Positions 45,650-54,896 of a stretch of 64,000 nucleotides of DNA are shown here, piece after piece. The stretch is from NCBI GenBank assembly GCA_045631485.1, contig JAZQUU010000022.1, positions 11,298 to 75,297 of the forward strand, read 5' to 3'. The notes under the pieces are model-generated. The model saw only the letters and a list, made by a program, of their open reading frames with translations, was not told where the DNA came from and made no database searches. The stretch is from Clostridia bacterium. Its GTDB lineage: Bacteria > Bacillota > Clostridia > UMGS1840. The position numbers and the translations under genes are program-made. How positions within the stretch are numbered: the stretch's first letter is position 1; each line of letters begins with the position of its first letter.

Positions 45650-46531
45650 ATGCAACAAGCAATGTCTCAAAACAAAGCAGAGCTTCACAAGCTTCTTCCG
45701 CCTCATCTTATGCAGTATTTCACTTCCGAAACAGAGGAAATCCGATTCAGAAGAAACTGTCCTGTTATTTTTCTGGAGTATGCACGGGAAATTATCACGC
45801 CCTATCAATTCGACTCCCATCAAATGGAAGACTTGGTTGACCGCCTGACAGAAGGTTCCCTTACCTCCTGCTTTGAATCTGTCAACAACGGCTACCTCAC
45901 CATAAAAGGCGGACATCGTGCAGGTCTTTCGGGAACTGCCGTATATGAAGGAAATCAGTTGACATACATGAGAGATATTTCTTCTGTCAACTTAAGAATT
46001 GCAAAGGAAATAAACGGGGTGGCAGACACCTTATTTCAAAGGGTGGGGCTGCTTGACCCGTTGCCCGGAATTTTAATCATTTCCCCTCCGGGGCACGGAA
46101 AAACAACCCTTCTGCGGGATTTTATCCGTCAACTTTCAGAAAAACGAACAGGTCTTCGGATTTGCGTGATAGACGAACGGAGCGAGATTGCCGCAACCTA
46201 CCGGGGAGAAATGCAAAATCATTTGGGAATCCGTTGCGATATTTTAAACCGATACCAAAAACCTGACGGAATCCGTTCGGCAATCAGAAGTCTTTCTCCC
46301 AATGTAATTGCCGTGGACGAAATCGGAACTAAAGAAGATGAAACCAATCTGCTCTACGCCTGCCGCGCAGGGGTTTCCGTGATTGCAACCATACACGGCG
46401 ATTGCACGGGACAATTTCGAAAAAACATCAGGAAGCTCACAAAGGAACAAGTATTTTCTTATGAAGTGTATGTATCAAAAAACGGCTCCCACGACCGTAT
46501 CGCACAAATCAAAAAGGTAAACGGTGAATGA
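45650..46531 (+). CDS. spoIIIAA: Stage III sporulation protein AA (ATPase)
   Basis: Walker A SPPGHGKTT, Walker B-like VIAVDEIG, and first position in the eight-gene operon. Start placed at the ATG 9 nt after a GAGGTG SD. Confidence 0.88.
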   Translation: MQQAMSQNKAELHKLLPPHLMQYFTSETEEIRFRRNCPVIFLEYAREIITPYQFDSHQMEDLVDRLTEGSLTSCFESVNNGYLTIKGGHRAGLSGTAVYEGNQLTYMRDISSVNLRIAKEINGVADTLFQRVGLLDPLPGILIISPPGHGKTTLLRDFIRQLSEKRTGLRICVIDERSEIAATYRGEMQNHLGIRCDILNRYQKPDGIRSAIRSLSPNVIAVDEIGTKEDETNLLYACRAGVSVIATIHGDCTGQFRKNIRKLTKEQVFSYEVYVSKNGSHDRIAQIKKVNGE

Positions 46532-47027
46532 TATGACAAAACTGTATGGCCTGATATTGCTGGCATCAGGCGCTTCTCTTCTGGTTGGACATCTTACCGA
46601 ACGAAAAAAACACCGGATACAATGTCTGCAGGAAATGATTGGATTTTTAAGCGGTGTGACCTACGGAATTACCGAGTGGAAGCAAACACTTGAAAAAGCA
46701 ATTCTGCAAGAAAAACACCCCGGTGTCTTCCCCGCTCTGTTTCAAAAAAAGTTTTCGGAATTAAACAAAGCACTTCCCCTGCGGGACGCTCTGTGCCAAG
46801 CCCTGGAAGAACTCCCTCTTCTAACCCCTGTAAAGGAGGCTTTATCCCGCTATTTCACGGTAGTGGGTAAAGATACAAAAAAAACAACCGAAGAACACTA
46901 CTATCACACCAAACGCCAACTGGAAGAATCCTTAATCCTGCTTCAAAACGAGCTTCCCAAAACAAAAAAACTGATTGCCGTAAGTGTGTATGCCACTTGT
47001 GCTATGGCAGCAGTTTTACTACTGTGA
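46524..47027 (+). CDS. spoIIIAB: Stage III sporulation protein AB
   Basis: 167 aa with N- and C-terminal TM segments. Operon position and size fit. Confidence 0.8.
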   Translation: MNDMTKLYGLILLASGASLLVGHLTERKKHRIQCLQEMIGFLSGVTYGITEWKQTLEKAILQEKHPGVFPALFQKKFSELNKALPLRDALCQALEELPLLTPVKEALSRYFTVVGKDTKKTTEEHYYHTKRQLEESLILLQNELPKTKKLIAVSVYATCAMAAVLLL

Positions 47028-47038
47028 GAGGATATCAA

Positions 47039-47233
47039 ATGAATGTTGAACTGATTTTTAAAATTGCGGCAATCGGAATCATTGTTGCCATCTTAAACCA
47101 ACTGTTGTCCAAATCGGGACGGGATGAACAAGCAACTATGGTCACCCTGGCAGGTTTGGTAGTGGTATTGATTGTGATTGTGCAGGAAATTGCCTACTTA
47201 TTTGAAACGATCAAAAGTTTATTCGGATTTTAA
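47039..47233 (+). CDS. spoIIIAC: Stage III sporulation protein AC
   Basis: 64 aa: MNVELIFKIAAIGIIVAILNQLLSKSGRDEQATMVTLAGLVVVL..., a typical AC sequence. Confidence 0.88.
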   Translation: MNVELIFKIAAIGIIVAILNQLLSKSGRDEQATMVTLAGLVVVLIVIVQEIAYLFETIKSLFGF

Positions 47234-47244
47234 AGGAGAACAAA

Positions 47245-47634
47245 ATGGATACGGTTGCCAAATTAACGGGAATTGCTTTTGCGGGTGCTGTTTCGGCGGT
47301 GTTTTTACGGGAAAAATCACCTCAGTTTTCCATGATGATTACTCTGGTAACAGCAATTGTGATATTTTCTCTGATTTTCGGGGAACTGACAAGCATCATA
47401 AAAACGCTGACCGACTACATGGATGCAGCCGGATTGGAATCGGATTCTGTTGCCACAATCCTTCGGATTTTAGGAATCGGAATCGGTGCCGAATATTTTT
47501 GCAATGTGATTGCGGATGCAGGAGAAAATGCCATTGCAAAGAAAATGGAATTTGCCGCCAAGGTGTTGATTCTGATGCTTCTTCTCCCCTTAATCGGAAA
47601 GGTTGTGGATACGGTATGGTCCCTGTTTGGATAA
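47245..47634 (+). CDS. spoIIIAD: Stage III sporulation protein AD
   Basis: 129-aa membrane protein with a typical AD sequence (KLTGIAFAGAV...ILRILGIGIGAEY). Confidence 0.88.
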   Translation: MDTVAKLTGIAFAGAVSAVFLREKSPQFSMMITLVTAIVIFSLIFGELTSIIKTLTDYMDAAGLESDSVATILRILGIGIGAEYFCNVIADAGENAIAKKMEFAAKVLILMLLLPLIGKVVDTVWSLFG

Positions 47635-48629
47635 AAAAAATGATTGTAACGGGACTTGCTTGTCTGCTTTTTGCAGGTTGTCCCCCGAATGTTCAGGCGG
47701 AAGCAACGCAGGAAATCGGCTTTTCTTTCGAATCAATTATAACTACCATTGCAGACTCCCTTTGGGAAGAATTTGTTCTGTTAAAGGAAAGCATTGCTCC
47801 CATCCTGATTTTTATGATACTCATCGGAATCAAAAACTGTATGGAGTTCCCCATCAGCTTAAACCGAACGGTGCACCTTGGTGTTTTTTGTGCCCTGGCA
47901 CTTTGTTCGGGAGAATTGTTTCGGGAACTGGCAAGTGTGGCAGAAGAATGTATCCGTAACCTTTCGGAATTTGTGTACCTGACCATCCCAACCCTGACGG
48001 CACTGATTGCCAACGGCGGAAGAGTGCTGAGCGCCGCCAAATCCACCTATTTTATTCTCGGATTTATGAGCCTGCTGGTATATCTGATTCAAAACATCTT
48101 TTTTCCCGGAATCCTGATTTATTTTATGTGTGCAATTTTGTCTCCGCTATTAGAGAAAGACTATTTTAGTGCCTTAAAAAAGTCGATTCTGTGGGCAGTA
48201 AAAACTGCACTTCCCATCATCATAGGCATCTTTATGATGGTGTTTACCTTGCTTACCACCGTGACAAAAGCGTCGGATTCTTTCACCTTGCAATCTGCCA
48301 AAATGGCGTTGGGAACCTGTATTCCGTTTTTAGGGGGAACCTTAAGCGATTCCGGTGAATATCTGATTGAAGCAATCAGTCAAATTAAAGCAAAAGCAGG
48401 TCTTACCGGCGCCATCGGCATTTCCTATCTGTTGTTGTCTCCTCTGGTAAAATTAACGGCAGGACTTCTGACATTTCAGGGATTATCGGTCTGCTCCGGA
48501 TTTCTTTCCGACCAAAAGACAACTCATTTTCTGGAAGACACCGCCACCGGCTTAGGGATGCTTACCGGAGTGGTGGCAACTGTTTCGGTCATTGCAATTC
48601 TCGGCATTATGATTTTAATGGGAATTTAG
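47616..48629 (+). CDS. spoIIIAE: Stage III sporulation protein AE
   Basis: Signal-like N-terminus (MIVTGLACLLFAGC) followed by a polytopic domain. The start is the ATG at 47616 or 47640. The ORF-track extension back to 47178 is out-of-frame overlap with AC/AD. Confidence 0.85.
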   Translation: MVPVWIKKMIVTGLACLLFAGCPPNVQAEATQEIGFSFESIITTIADSLWEEFVLLKESIAPILIFMILIGIKNCMEFPISLNRTVHLGVFCALALCSGELFRELASVAEECIRNLSEFVYLTIPTLTALIANGGRVLSAAKSTYFILGFMSLLVYLIQNIFFPGILIYFMCAILSPLLEKDYFSALKKSILWAVKTALPIIIGIFMMVFTLLTTVTKASDSFTLQSAKMALGTCIPFLGGTLSDSGEYLIEAISQIKAKAGLTGAIGISYLLLSPLVKLTAGLLTFQGLSVCSGFLSDQKTTHFLEDTATGLGMLTGVVATVSVIAILGIMILMGI

Positions 48630-48640
48630 GAGGAGGCAAT

Positions 48641-49081
48641 ATGATGGCAGAATGGATTGATCATTTGAAACAGGTAGTGATAATTGTATTGGTCTGTGAA
48701 TTTTTAAAAGAACTGTTATCCACCTCTTCTTTTCGAAAATATGTGCAATTTGCCGTCAGTTTGTTTCTGTTTTTCTTCTTATTTTCTTCTCTGTTCCGCC
48801 TGGATTTTTCGTTTTCGTTACCTGATATTTCCATCGCAGAAAACGAGTCGGAAAACCTTTTGGTTCCCGAATATGAAGCCCGCATTTCCGAAAGAATTCA
48901 TCAGGAATTATCCCAAAATAACCTATCTGTGCAAAATGTGACGGTAAAACTCAGTGACCAATACGAAATTAAATCAGTCACCATATTTTCCAAAGATGAT
49001 CCCGAAAAAATTAAAGCTACATTGAAAGGAGATTTTTCGTGTGAAGTGGTTCCTCCCGATGAAGAAATTTTGGACAGATAG
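48641..49081 (+). CDS. spoIIIAF: Stage III sporulation protein AF
   Basis: 146 aa with two N-terminal TM segments. Operon position fits. Confidence 0.75.
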   Translation: MMAEWIDHLKQVVIIVLVCEFLKELLSTSSFRKYVQFAVSLFLFFFLFSSLFRLDFSFSLPDISIAENESENLLVPEYEARISERIHQELSQNNLSVQNVTVKLSDQYEIKSVTIFSKDDPEKIKATLKGDFSCEVVPPDEEILDR

Positions 49082-49571
49082 TCCCAAAAAGCAAAAACTA
49101 AAACTCATCGTGATGCTTTTGATTCTCGGATTCGTGCTGCTTATGTTTCCAACCTCCGAAAAGAAAGCATCAAATCCGCCCAAGCAGAATATGATAAATG
49201 AACAGAGCATACCCCAAAGAGAGCTGGAATCTCTGCTGACAGACCTGACAGGAAACAAAGTAAAAGTTTTAATTGCCTATGCCGATTCGGGAAAGGTGGA
49301 TATCGTCAGAGAAGAAAGTATCACCACAGACACCACATTGGAAAAAACCGAGCAGAAAAAAGATGAAAAGCCCGTATTGGATGCCAACAAAAATATTCAG
49401 ATTCAAAATCAACTAAAGCCCCGTATCAAAGGCGTTTGCATCTTTTATTTCGGACCTTATCAAAAGGAAACCGAAGAGATGCTCTATCGTGCGGCAAAAG
49501 GAGCTCTGGGGGCAGATTTACACACCGTGGAGGTGATTTTTAAACCCAACCAAACCAATCCAAAACCATAA
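49041..49571 (+). CDS. spoIIIAG: Stage III sporulation protein AG
   Basis: 176 aa with an N-terminal TM segment and a ring-building-motif-like C-domain (IKGVCIFYFG...AAKGALGADLHTVEV). Confidence 0.8.
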   Translation: MKWFLPMKKFWTDSPKKQKLKLIVMLLILGFVLLMFPTSEKKASNPPKQNMINEQSIPQRELESLLTDLTGNKVKVLIAYADSGKVDIVREESITTDTTLEKTEQKKDEKPVLDANKNIQIQNQLKPRIKGVCIFYFGPYQKETEEMLYRAAKGALGADLHTVEVIFKPNQTNPKP

Positions 49572-49589
49572 TAAGAAAGGAAAATAAGC

Positions 49590-50096
49590 ATGATTTTATT
49601 ACACAAACGAAAAATTGCAGCGGTGGTTTGTACCGCACTTTTGGCAACTGCAGGGGTTGTAAACTATATCAACCACACCGAGCCGCAGGCAGTTTCCCTC
49701 TCCATTCCTCCTGCAAGCGAAAGCTACGAAGAAGAAACCTCCTACGGAGAGGCAAAATATGTTTCCACGGATTTATCGATGGAAAAAGAGAGAAGCGAGG
49801 CTGTTTCCCTCTTGCAAACAGTATCCGAGGACCAAAATGCTTCCCCCGAAAAAAAGGCAGAAGCGCAGGACGAAATTATCCGTATTGCCAAGGATATGGA
49901 AAAAGAAACTCTTGCAGAACGGATTTTAACCGAAAAAGGATTCCAAAATGTGCACGTGTTTTTAAGTTCTCCCGACGCCACCGTCAGTGTGCAATCTGAT
50001 GGATTATCTCAGCAGGAAATCGCACAGATTCGGGATACTATGAAAAACGAAGCGGATATTGAGCCGAAAAATTTAAAAATCATTGAAACAAAGTAA
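49590..50096 (+). CDS. spoIIIAH: Stage III sporulation protein AH
   Basis: 168 aa with an N-terminal TM segment and a charged, YscJ/FliF-like C-domain. Last canonical gene of the operon. Confidence 0.75.
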   Translation: MILLHKRKIAAVVCTALLATAGVVNYINHTEPQAVSLSIPPASESYEEETSYGEAKYVSTDLSMEKERSEAVSLLQTVSEDQNASPEKKAEAQDEIIRIAKDMEKETLAERILTEKGFQNVHVFLSSPDATVSVQSDGLSQQEIAQIRDTMKNEADIEPKNLKIIETK

Positions 50097-50192
50097 ATAA
50101 AAACCGGAAAAAAATCTGACCTTGCCAAACGCCTGTGATGTTTGCTATTCTTTGGTTGAGTAGTGTCAACAAAGAAAATTTGAGGTGATAAA

Positions 50193-50444
50193 ATGACTCT
50201 TACCAAAGAAGAAAAAGAAAAATACGAGGGCTACAACCGTGCCTATAATCTTTACAGTCCCAATCATACAGACTCCAACAACCAATTTCTGAAGGAAAAA
50301 CAAAAGGCAGAGGAAGCTAAAAAGAAACGTCAGCAAAAGCTTCTGGAAAGATTAGGAAAAATGAAACAATCTGCCGTAAAACGCGGTATGTACGGTCAGA
50401 AACCCTATCAGGCAAAAGTAACCGAGGAAACATCCAATGGTTGA
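50193..50444 (+). CDS. Hypothetical 83-aa Lys/Glu-rich protein, translationally coupled to the portal-like gene
   Basis: GAGGTG SD 5 nt upstream. Its stop (TGA at 50442-50444) overlaps the next ATG in ATGGTTGA. Confidence 0.55.
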   Translation: MTLTKEEKEKYEGYNRAYNLYSPNHTDSNNQFLKEKQKAEEAKKKRQQKLLERLGKMKQSAVKRGMYGQKPYQAKVTEETSNG

Positions 50445-52302
50445 GAATCTTGCTCTGTTTGTATGTCATGAATTTAACGACAGAAAAGAAAAGCGAAGTC
50501 CGTTGGAATTAAAATGGAATTTAAACATCAATTTCGTAAACGGAAATCAGTATTGCGATGTGGATTACAACGGCAGAAAAATTTATTCCGTGGAAAAACT
50601 GTATGACTATCAGGAACGAGCAGTTTACAATAACATTGCTCCCATTATGGAAACAAGAGTGGCTAAGCTTTCGGGAGTGGTTCCCCAAATCGGAGCCGCT
50701 ACGGACAGTTCCGATTTAAATGATATTGCCAATGCCAAAATCTCCACGGCGGTGTTAAATACGGTTTCCAAACAATTAAACTTTCCCGAAAAGATTGCCG
50801 GTGCCGTTGCCATTTCCGAAATGCTCGGCACCGCATTCTACAAAACAGTATGGCAAAAGGACCAGGGAGATTTTTTGTATCTTAACAACAGTGAACCTAT
50901 CAAGGCAGGCGAGGTTGACACCGTGGTGGTAAGTCCCTACGAAATTTATCCGGAAAGTCTTTATGTTGAGCATATCAATGAACAACGAAGCATTATTCAC
51001 GCGCATCCTTATCACATTGATGAAATCAAAGAACAATGGGGACAAGAATTAAAAGGACACCCCGTGAATTTATTTTCTATGACCAACGTGACCAATGTAA
51101 CGGGTGGACTTGGATGGACAGGCAGCTTAGAAAGCGTGGGACAAGAAGTGAAAGACGGCTACGATATTGTGTTGGAATACTATGAAAAGCCAACCAAAAA
51201 GTATCCCGACGGCAGACTTCTGATTGTGGCATACTATAATCAGGAGTTGCTCTACGAAGGTCCTCTTCCCTACTTAAATGCCAAATATCACACCAGGGGG
51301 TACCCTTTTGTAAAGCAAGTTTCCGTATCACGACCGGGTTGTTTTTTCGGGTCAAGTATCATTGAGCGTTTGATTCCGATTCAAAGAGATTATAACGCCA
51401 TTCAGAACCGTATTAACGAATATTTAAACCGTGCCGCCCTGGGAATCCCCGTGATTGAAGATGGCAGCGTGGATGTGGACAGTCTGGAATACTACGGAAT
51501 GCCTCCGGGAATGCCCATTGTGTACCTACGAGGCAGTGAGCCGCCCCGATTTATGGACACGCCCGCCCTGCCGTACAGTTTTTTATCCAAGCAGGATCGA
51601 CTGGAAGAAGCCTTTGTTTCCATTTCGGGCATTTCAGAACTGTCCCGATATTCTTCCGCTCCGTCCAATGTGACATCGGGAACCGCACTTTCCATTTTGT
51701 CCCAACAAGATGACAACCGTCTTGCTGTCAGTGCGGAAAACATCCGAAATGCCGTGCTGGAAGTGGCAAAACAATGGCTGCGATTGTATCGTCAGTTTGC
51801 ATTATTTGAAAGAATGCTTCATTTAGGCGGTGATGATACCGATAACGCCCTGATTCGTTGGTGTAACACCAATCTGCTCCCCGAACAGTTGGAGTTAACC
51901 ACTCAAAATGAAATCGAAAATTCACTGATGGTCAAACGGGAACTAATCCGCGAGCTCTACACAATGGGACTGTTTACCGACCCGAAAACAGGAAAAATCA
52001 CCCCGTCGGCAAAATCCAAAATTTTATCTATGCTGAAAATGGGAGACTGGGAAAATAAGATGGAAACCGAAACACTTCACGCAACCAGAGCCGCTCGTGA
52101 AAACTTAAAAATGAGAGAAAAACTCGTCTGCCCCGTCAGAGCAAGAGACGAACACGAACTCCATATTGAGGAACACACCAAATATCTGATGACCTCTGAA
52201 TTTGAAGAGTTGGAATCCAAAGATCCCGATCTTACAAAGATTTGGGAAGAGCATCTTTTAAAGCACGAAGAATATCTTATAAAAAACACGGAAAAATTAT
52301 GA
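50437..52302 (+). CDS. Phage portal-like protein (621 aa), orphan
   Basis: GAGGA SD 8 nt upstream. N-terminal W.LN..F..GNQY motif. Central GSSIIERLIPIQRDYNAIQNRINEY. Also SNVTSGTALSILSQQDDNRLAVSAENIRNA. These segments parallel the wing/stem/clip motifs of the portal proteins I recall. Confidence 0.6.
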   Translation: MVENLALFVCHEFNDRKEKRSPLELKWNLNINFVNGNQYCDVDYNGRKIYSVEKLYDYQERAVYNNIAPIMETRVAKLSGVVPQIGAATDSSDLNDIANAKISTAVLNTVSKQLNFPEKIAGAVAISEMLGTAFYKTVWQKDQGDFLYLNNSEPIKAGEVDTVVVSPYEIYPESLYVEHINEQRSIIHAHPYHIDEIKEQWGQELKGHPVNLFSMTNVTNVTGGLGWTGSLESVGQEVKDGYDIVLEYYEKPTKKYPDGRLLIVAYYNQELLYEGPLPYLNAKYHTRGYPFVKQVSVSRPGCFFGSSIIERLIPIQRDYNAIQNRINEYLNRAALGIPVIEDGSVDVDSLEYYGMPPGMPIVYLRGSEPPRFMDTPALPYSFLSKQDRLEEAFVSISGISELSRYSSAPSNVTSGTALSILSQQDDNRLAVSAENIRNAVLEVAKQWLRLYRQFALFERMLHLGGDDTDNALIRWCNTNLLPEQLELTTQNEIENSLMVKRELIRELYTMGLFTDPKTGKITPSAKSKILSMLKMGDWENKMETETLHATRAARENLKMREKLVCPVRARDEHELHIEEHTKYLMTSEFEELESKDPDLTKIWEEHLLKHEEYLIKNTEKL

Positions 52303-52304
52303 TA

Positions 52305-52344
52305 AAAAGTATATTTTTTAAGAATTCGGAATATACTTTTTATT
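52305..52344 (+). terminator. Weak AT-rich intrinsic terminator after the portal-like gene
   Basis: AAAAGTATATT, 14-nt loop, AATATACTTTT, then TATT. Confidence 0.4.
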
Positions 52345-52374
52345 AGAAATCACCATAAGAAAGGCGGCATTACT

Positions 52375-52602
52375 ATGGAAAACTTACTGAAAAAAATTGC
52401 AGCATTATTTCAAAAGCCGGAGGAAAATCCCTCCTATGATGCACTGATGGAGGCAAAGCAGGAGGTTGCGATTGCCTGGAATAAATTCAACGAGGTAACC
52501 CGTGATGAATATATTGATATTGCCATTATGAATTTAAACCTGGCAAAAAAACGGTTGGATGTTGCCATCAAAGAATCCAAAGAAGCCGCCTCTGTTTCCT
52601 AA
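52375..52602 (+). CDS. DUF2508 (YaaL-like) small protein
   Basis: 75 aa. The pattern ...AKQEVAIAWNKFNEVTRDEYIDIAIMNLNLAKKRLDVAIKESK resembles the DUF2508 consensus as I recall it. Confidence 0.55.
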   Translation: MENLLKKIAALFQKPEENPSYDALMEAKQEVAIAWNKFNEVTRDEYIDIAIMNLNLAKKRLDVAIKESKEAASVS

Positions 52603-52640
52603 GCTATTTCTATCTGATTGTTTTTAAATCCTCTCTTAAG

Positions 52641-52679
52641 AAAAAAGGAACTGCATCCCGATGGAGCAGTTCCTTTTTT
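52641..52679. terminator. Bidirectional intrinsic terminator
   Basis: AAAAAA-GGAACTGC-11-nt loop-GCAGTTCC-TTTTTT between convergent genes. Confidence 0.75.
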
Positions 52680-52689
52680 CTTATGCATC

Positions 52690-53346
52690 TTATAATTCGC
52701 TTTTTAATCCGCAATCATACGGAATGGAACGAAGGAATTCTTCTTCGTTTAAATCGTAGGGAATTTCTATGTAGAACACATAGGTAAACATCCCGTTTTT
52801 CTTTACGATGTTGGTATCGAACAACACAATTTTGTTCTGTGAAAAGCGTTCCTTAATGATGTCTGCATTTTCAATGTTTTTCACAGTAAGAATCTTGCTT
52901 TTCGGTTTGGAAGTGAATCTTCCGCGAAAATGAAGAATGGTTTGTGCCAGAAGAATCAGCAATGTGCCTGAAACACCAACCGCATACATTCCGCAACCGA
53001 TTGCCATACCGATGCCTGCAGTTGCCCAGATACCCGCAGCCGTGGTAAGACCACTGATCATCTGATGCTTCACAAACACCATACCGGCACCCAAGAAACC
53101 AATTCCGCTGACAATCTGCGCCGCAATACGGGCAGGGTCACGGGTGGTAACGCCTTCGATATTCATAAAGCCGTAAATGGAAACCAGCATCATCAAACAG
53201 GATGCTATTGCCACAATACAGTGGGTCCGAAGACCCGCTTCCTTGGCACGGTTGGTTCTCTCAATACCAATCACCACACCGCACACGCCTGCAATAATCA
53301 ACCGCAGAAGATACATCGCACTCTGGCTTAGAAACATCTGTTCCAT
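52690..53346 (-). CDS. mgtC: MgtC/SapB-family membrane protein
   Basis: 218 aa. N-terminal polytopic MgtC domain (GIERTNRAKEAGLRTH) plus a soluble ACT-like C-domain. Confidence 0.8.
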   Translation of the reverse strand: MEQMFLSQSAMYLLRLIIAGVCGVVIGIERTNRAKEAGLRTHCIVAIASCLMMLVSIYGFMNIEGVTTRDPARIAAQIVSGIGFLGAGMVFVKHQMISGLTTAAGIWATAGIGMAIGCGMYAVGVSGTLLILLAQTILHFRGRFTSKPKSKILTVKNIENADIIKERFSQNKIVLFDTNIVKKNGMFTYVFYIEIPYDLNEEEFLRSIPYDCGLKSEL

Positions 53347-53356
53347 AGTTCTCCTC

Positions 53357-53432
53357 CTTTCATCAGTAATAAAGCTGCATAAAAAGGAAAATAGTTCCGT
53401 TTTATGCTAAAAATATGCTCAACTGATGAAAG
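53357..53432 (-). promoter_or_regulatory. Structured 76-nt pncB-mgtC intergenic RNA (nested helices abutting the mgtC SD)
   Basis: The outer 11-bp helix CUUUCAUCAGU/ACUGAUGAAAG starts right after the pncB stop and ends at the AAAGGAGGAG SD. The inner hairpin is GCAUAAAA-c-GGAA-cuauu-UUCC-u-UUUUAUGC. Confidence 0.5.
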
Positions 53433-54881
53433 TTATGCGTTGTGATGCTGGAGCATGTTTTCCCGAATCTGCCATAAATCGGGAGATAAATCCACATAAT
53501 AAGTGTGGGGATTTTCAAATCGGGTCACTTCATCCCAAAGAGTTTCTACCTCTTGTTTACAGTAGTCCTTCAACTCTTTTAATGTGGGAGAAGTGTAAAC
53601 CTGTTTCCCATTTTCAAAAATGGGTATCAATAATTTTCTTGCGGTAAAATTGGTGACGGTTTTTCTCTTCCAGGTGTACTGGGGGTCAAACAATTCATAT
53701 TCGGTTACGCCGTCAAACGTTTCGTCGTGCTTGGTGATAACATCTGCAATCGCCTTTCCCGTTTCGTTGGAATATAAGCGATACAAACTCTTAAAGCCGG
53801 GAATGGTGATTTTCGCAACATTTTCCGATAATTTGATTTTGGGAATTTCTTCCCCGTCACGAAATACGGAGACCAGTTTATACACGCCGCCGAATACGGG
53901 CTCGGATTTGGAGGTAATCAATCGTTCCCCAACTCCGAAGATATCCACCTTGGCTCCCTGATTTAGCATATCACGGATAATATGTTCATCCAAAGAATTG
54001 GATGCCACAATTTTCACATCGGGATACCCTGCATCATCCAGCATTTTTCTTGCTTTTTTGGATAAATAGGTGATATCACCGCTATCAATACGAATACCTT
54101 TCGGGCGGAATCCTCTGGGAACCACCTCGGTATCAAAGGCTTTAATCGCATTGGGAATCCCTGATTTCAACACATTATAGGTATCCACCAAAAGTGTGCA
54201 ATCGGCAGGATAACATCTTGCATAGGTCCGAAAAGCTTCCAATTCGGAATCAAACATCTGCACCCAGCTATGCGCCATGGTGCCGAGTGCAGGAATATCA
54301 AAAAGCTGATCGGTCACCGTGCAGGCGGTTCCTGCACATCCGCCGATATAGGCAGCTCTTGCTCCGTAAATAGCACCGTCATACCCCTGGGCACGGCGGG
54401 AACCGAATTCCATCACGGCTCTGCCCTCGGATGCCTGCACAATTCTGCTTGCCTTGGTGGCAATCAGAGACTGATGGTTCACGGTTAATAAGAGCATGGT
54501 TTCCATCAGTTGTGCTTCAATTACGGGACCTCGTACAGTTACCACGGGTTCCATGGGGAAAATGGGGGTTCCTTCGGGAATCGCCCACACAGAACAAGAG
54601 AAAGAAAAGTTTAAAAGATATTCTAAAAACTCTTCCGAAAAAATGTCTTTTTTACGAAGATATTCCACATCTTCTTCGGAAAAATGCAGATTGTTGATAT
54701 ACTCAATCATCTGCTCTAAACCTGCCATAATGGCATAACCGCCGTCGTTTGGAATTTTTCTGAAAAACAAATCAAAAGCAACCTCGGTATCCTTCATGCC
54801 GTTTTTAAAATAACCGTTTGACATGGTAAATTCATAAAAGTCTGTCAGCATAGACAAATTGATGTTGGGATTAAATTTCAT
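53433..54881 (-). CDS. pncB: Nicotinate phosphoribosyltransferase
   Basis: N-terminal LTDFYEFTMSNGYF motif. 482 aa, typical family length. Confidence 0.88.
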   Translation of the reverse strand: MKFNPNINLSMLTDFYEFTMSNGYFKNGMKDTEVAFDLFFRKIPNDGGYAIMAGLEQMIEYINNLHFSEEDVEYLRKKDIFSEEFLEYLLNFSFSCSVWAIPEGTPIFPMEPVVTVRGPVIEAQLMETMLLLTVNHQSLIATKASRIVQASEGRAVMEFGSRRAQGYDGAIYGARAAYIGGCAGTACTVTDQLFDIPALGTMAHSWVQMFDSELEAFRTYARCYPADCTLLVDTYNVLKSGIPNAIKAFDTEVVPRGFRPKGIRIDSGDITYLSKKARKMLDDAGYPDVKIVASNSLDEHIIRDMLNQGAKVDIFGVGERLITSKSEPVFGGVYKLVSVFRDGEEIPKIKLSENVAKITIPGFKSLYRLYSNETGKAIADVITKHDETFDGVTEYELFDPQYTWKRKTVTNFTARKLLIPIFENGKQVYTSPTLKELKDYCKQEVETLWDEVTRFENPHTYYVDLSPDLWQIRENMLQHHNA

Positions 54882-54896
54882 AGAAAAAACACCTTC

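Noticed and set aside
47178-47615. N-terminal 146 codons of the 483-aa ORF that contains spoIIIAE
   Set aside because: This part overlaps spoIIIAC and spoIIIAD out of frame and reads as Cys/Gly/Arg-rich nonsense. The real SpoIIIAE begins at the ATG at 47616 or 47640, with a signal-like sequence.
23756-52302. Intact prophage or mobile element spanning or surrounding the lysis cassette or the portal-like gene
   Set aside because: No integrase, recombinase, terminase, capsid or tail gene and no flanking direct repeats are visible. The genes between and around these two loci are housekeeping or sporulation genes. They are treated as two separate domesticated or remnant modules.
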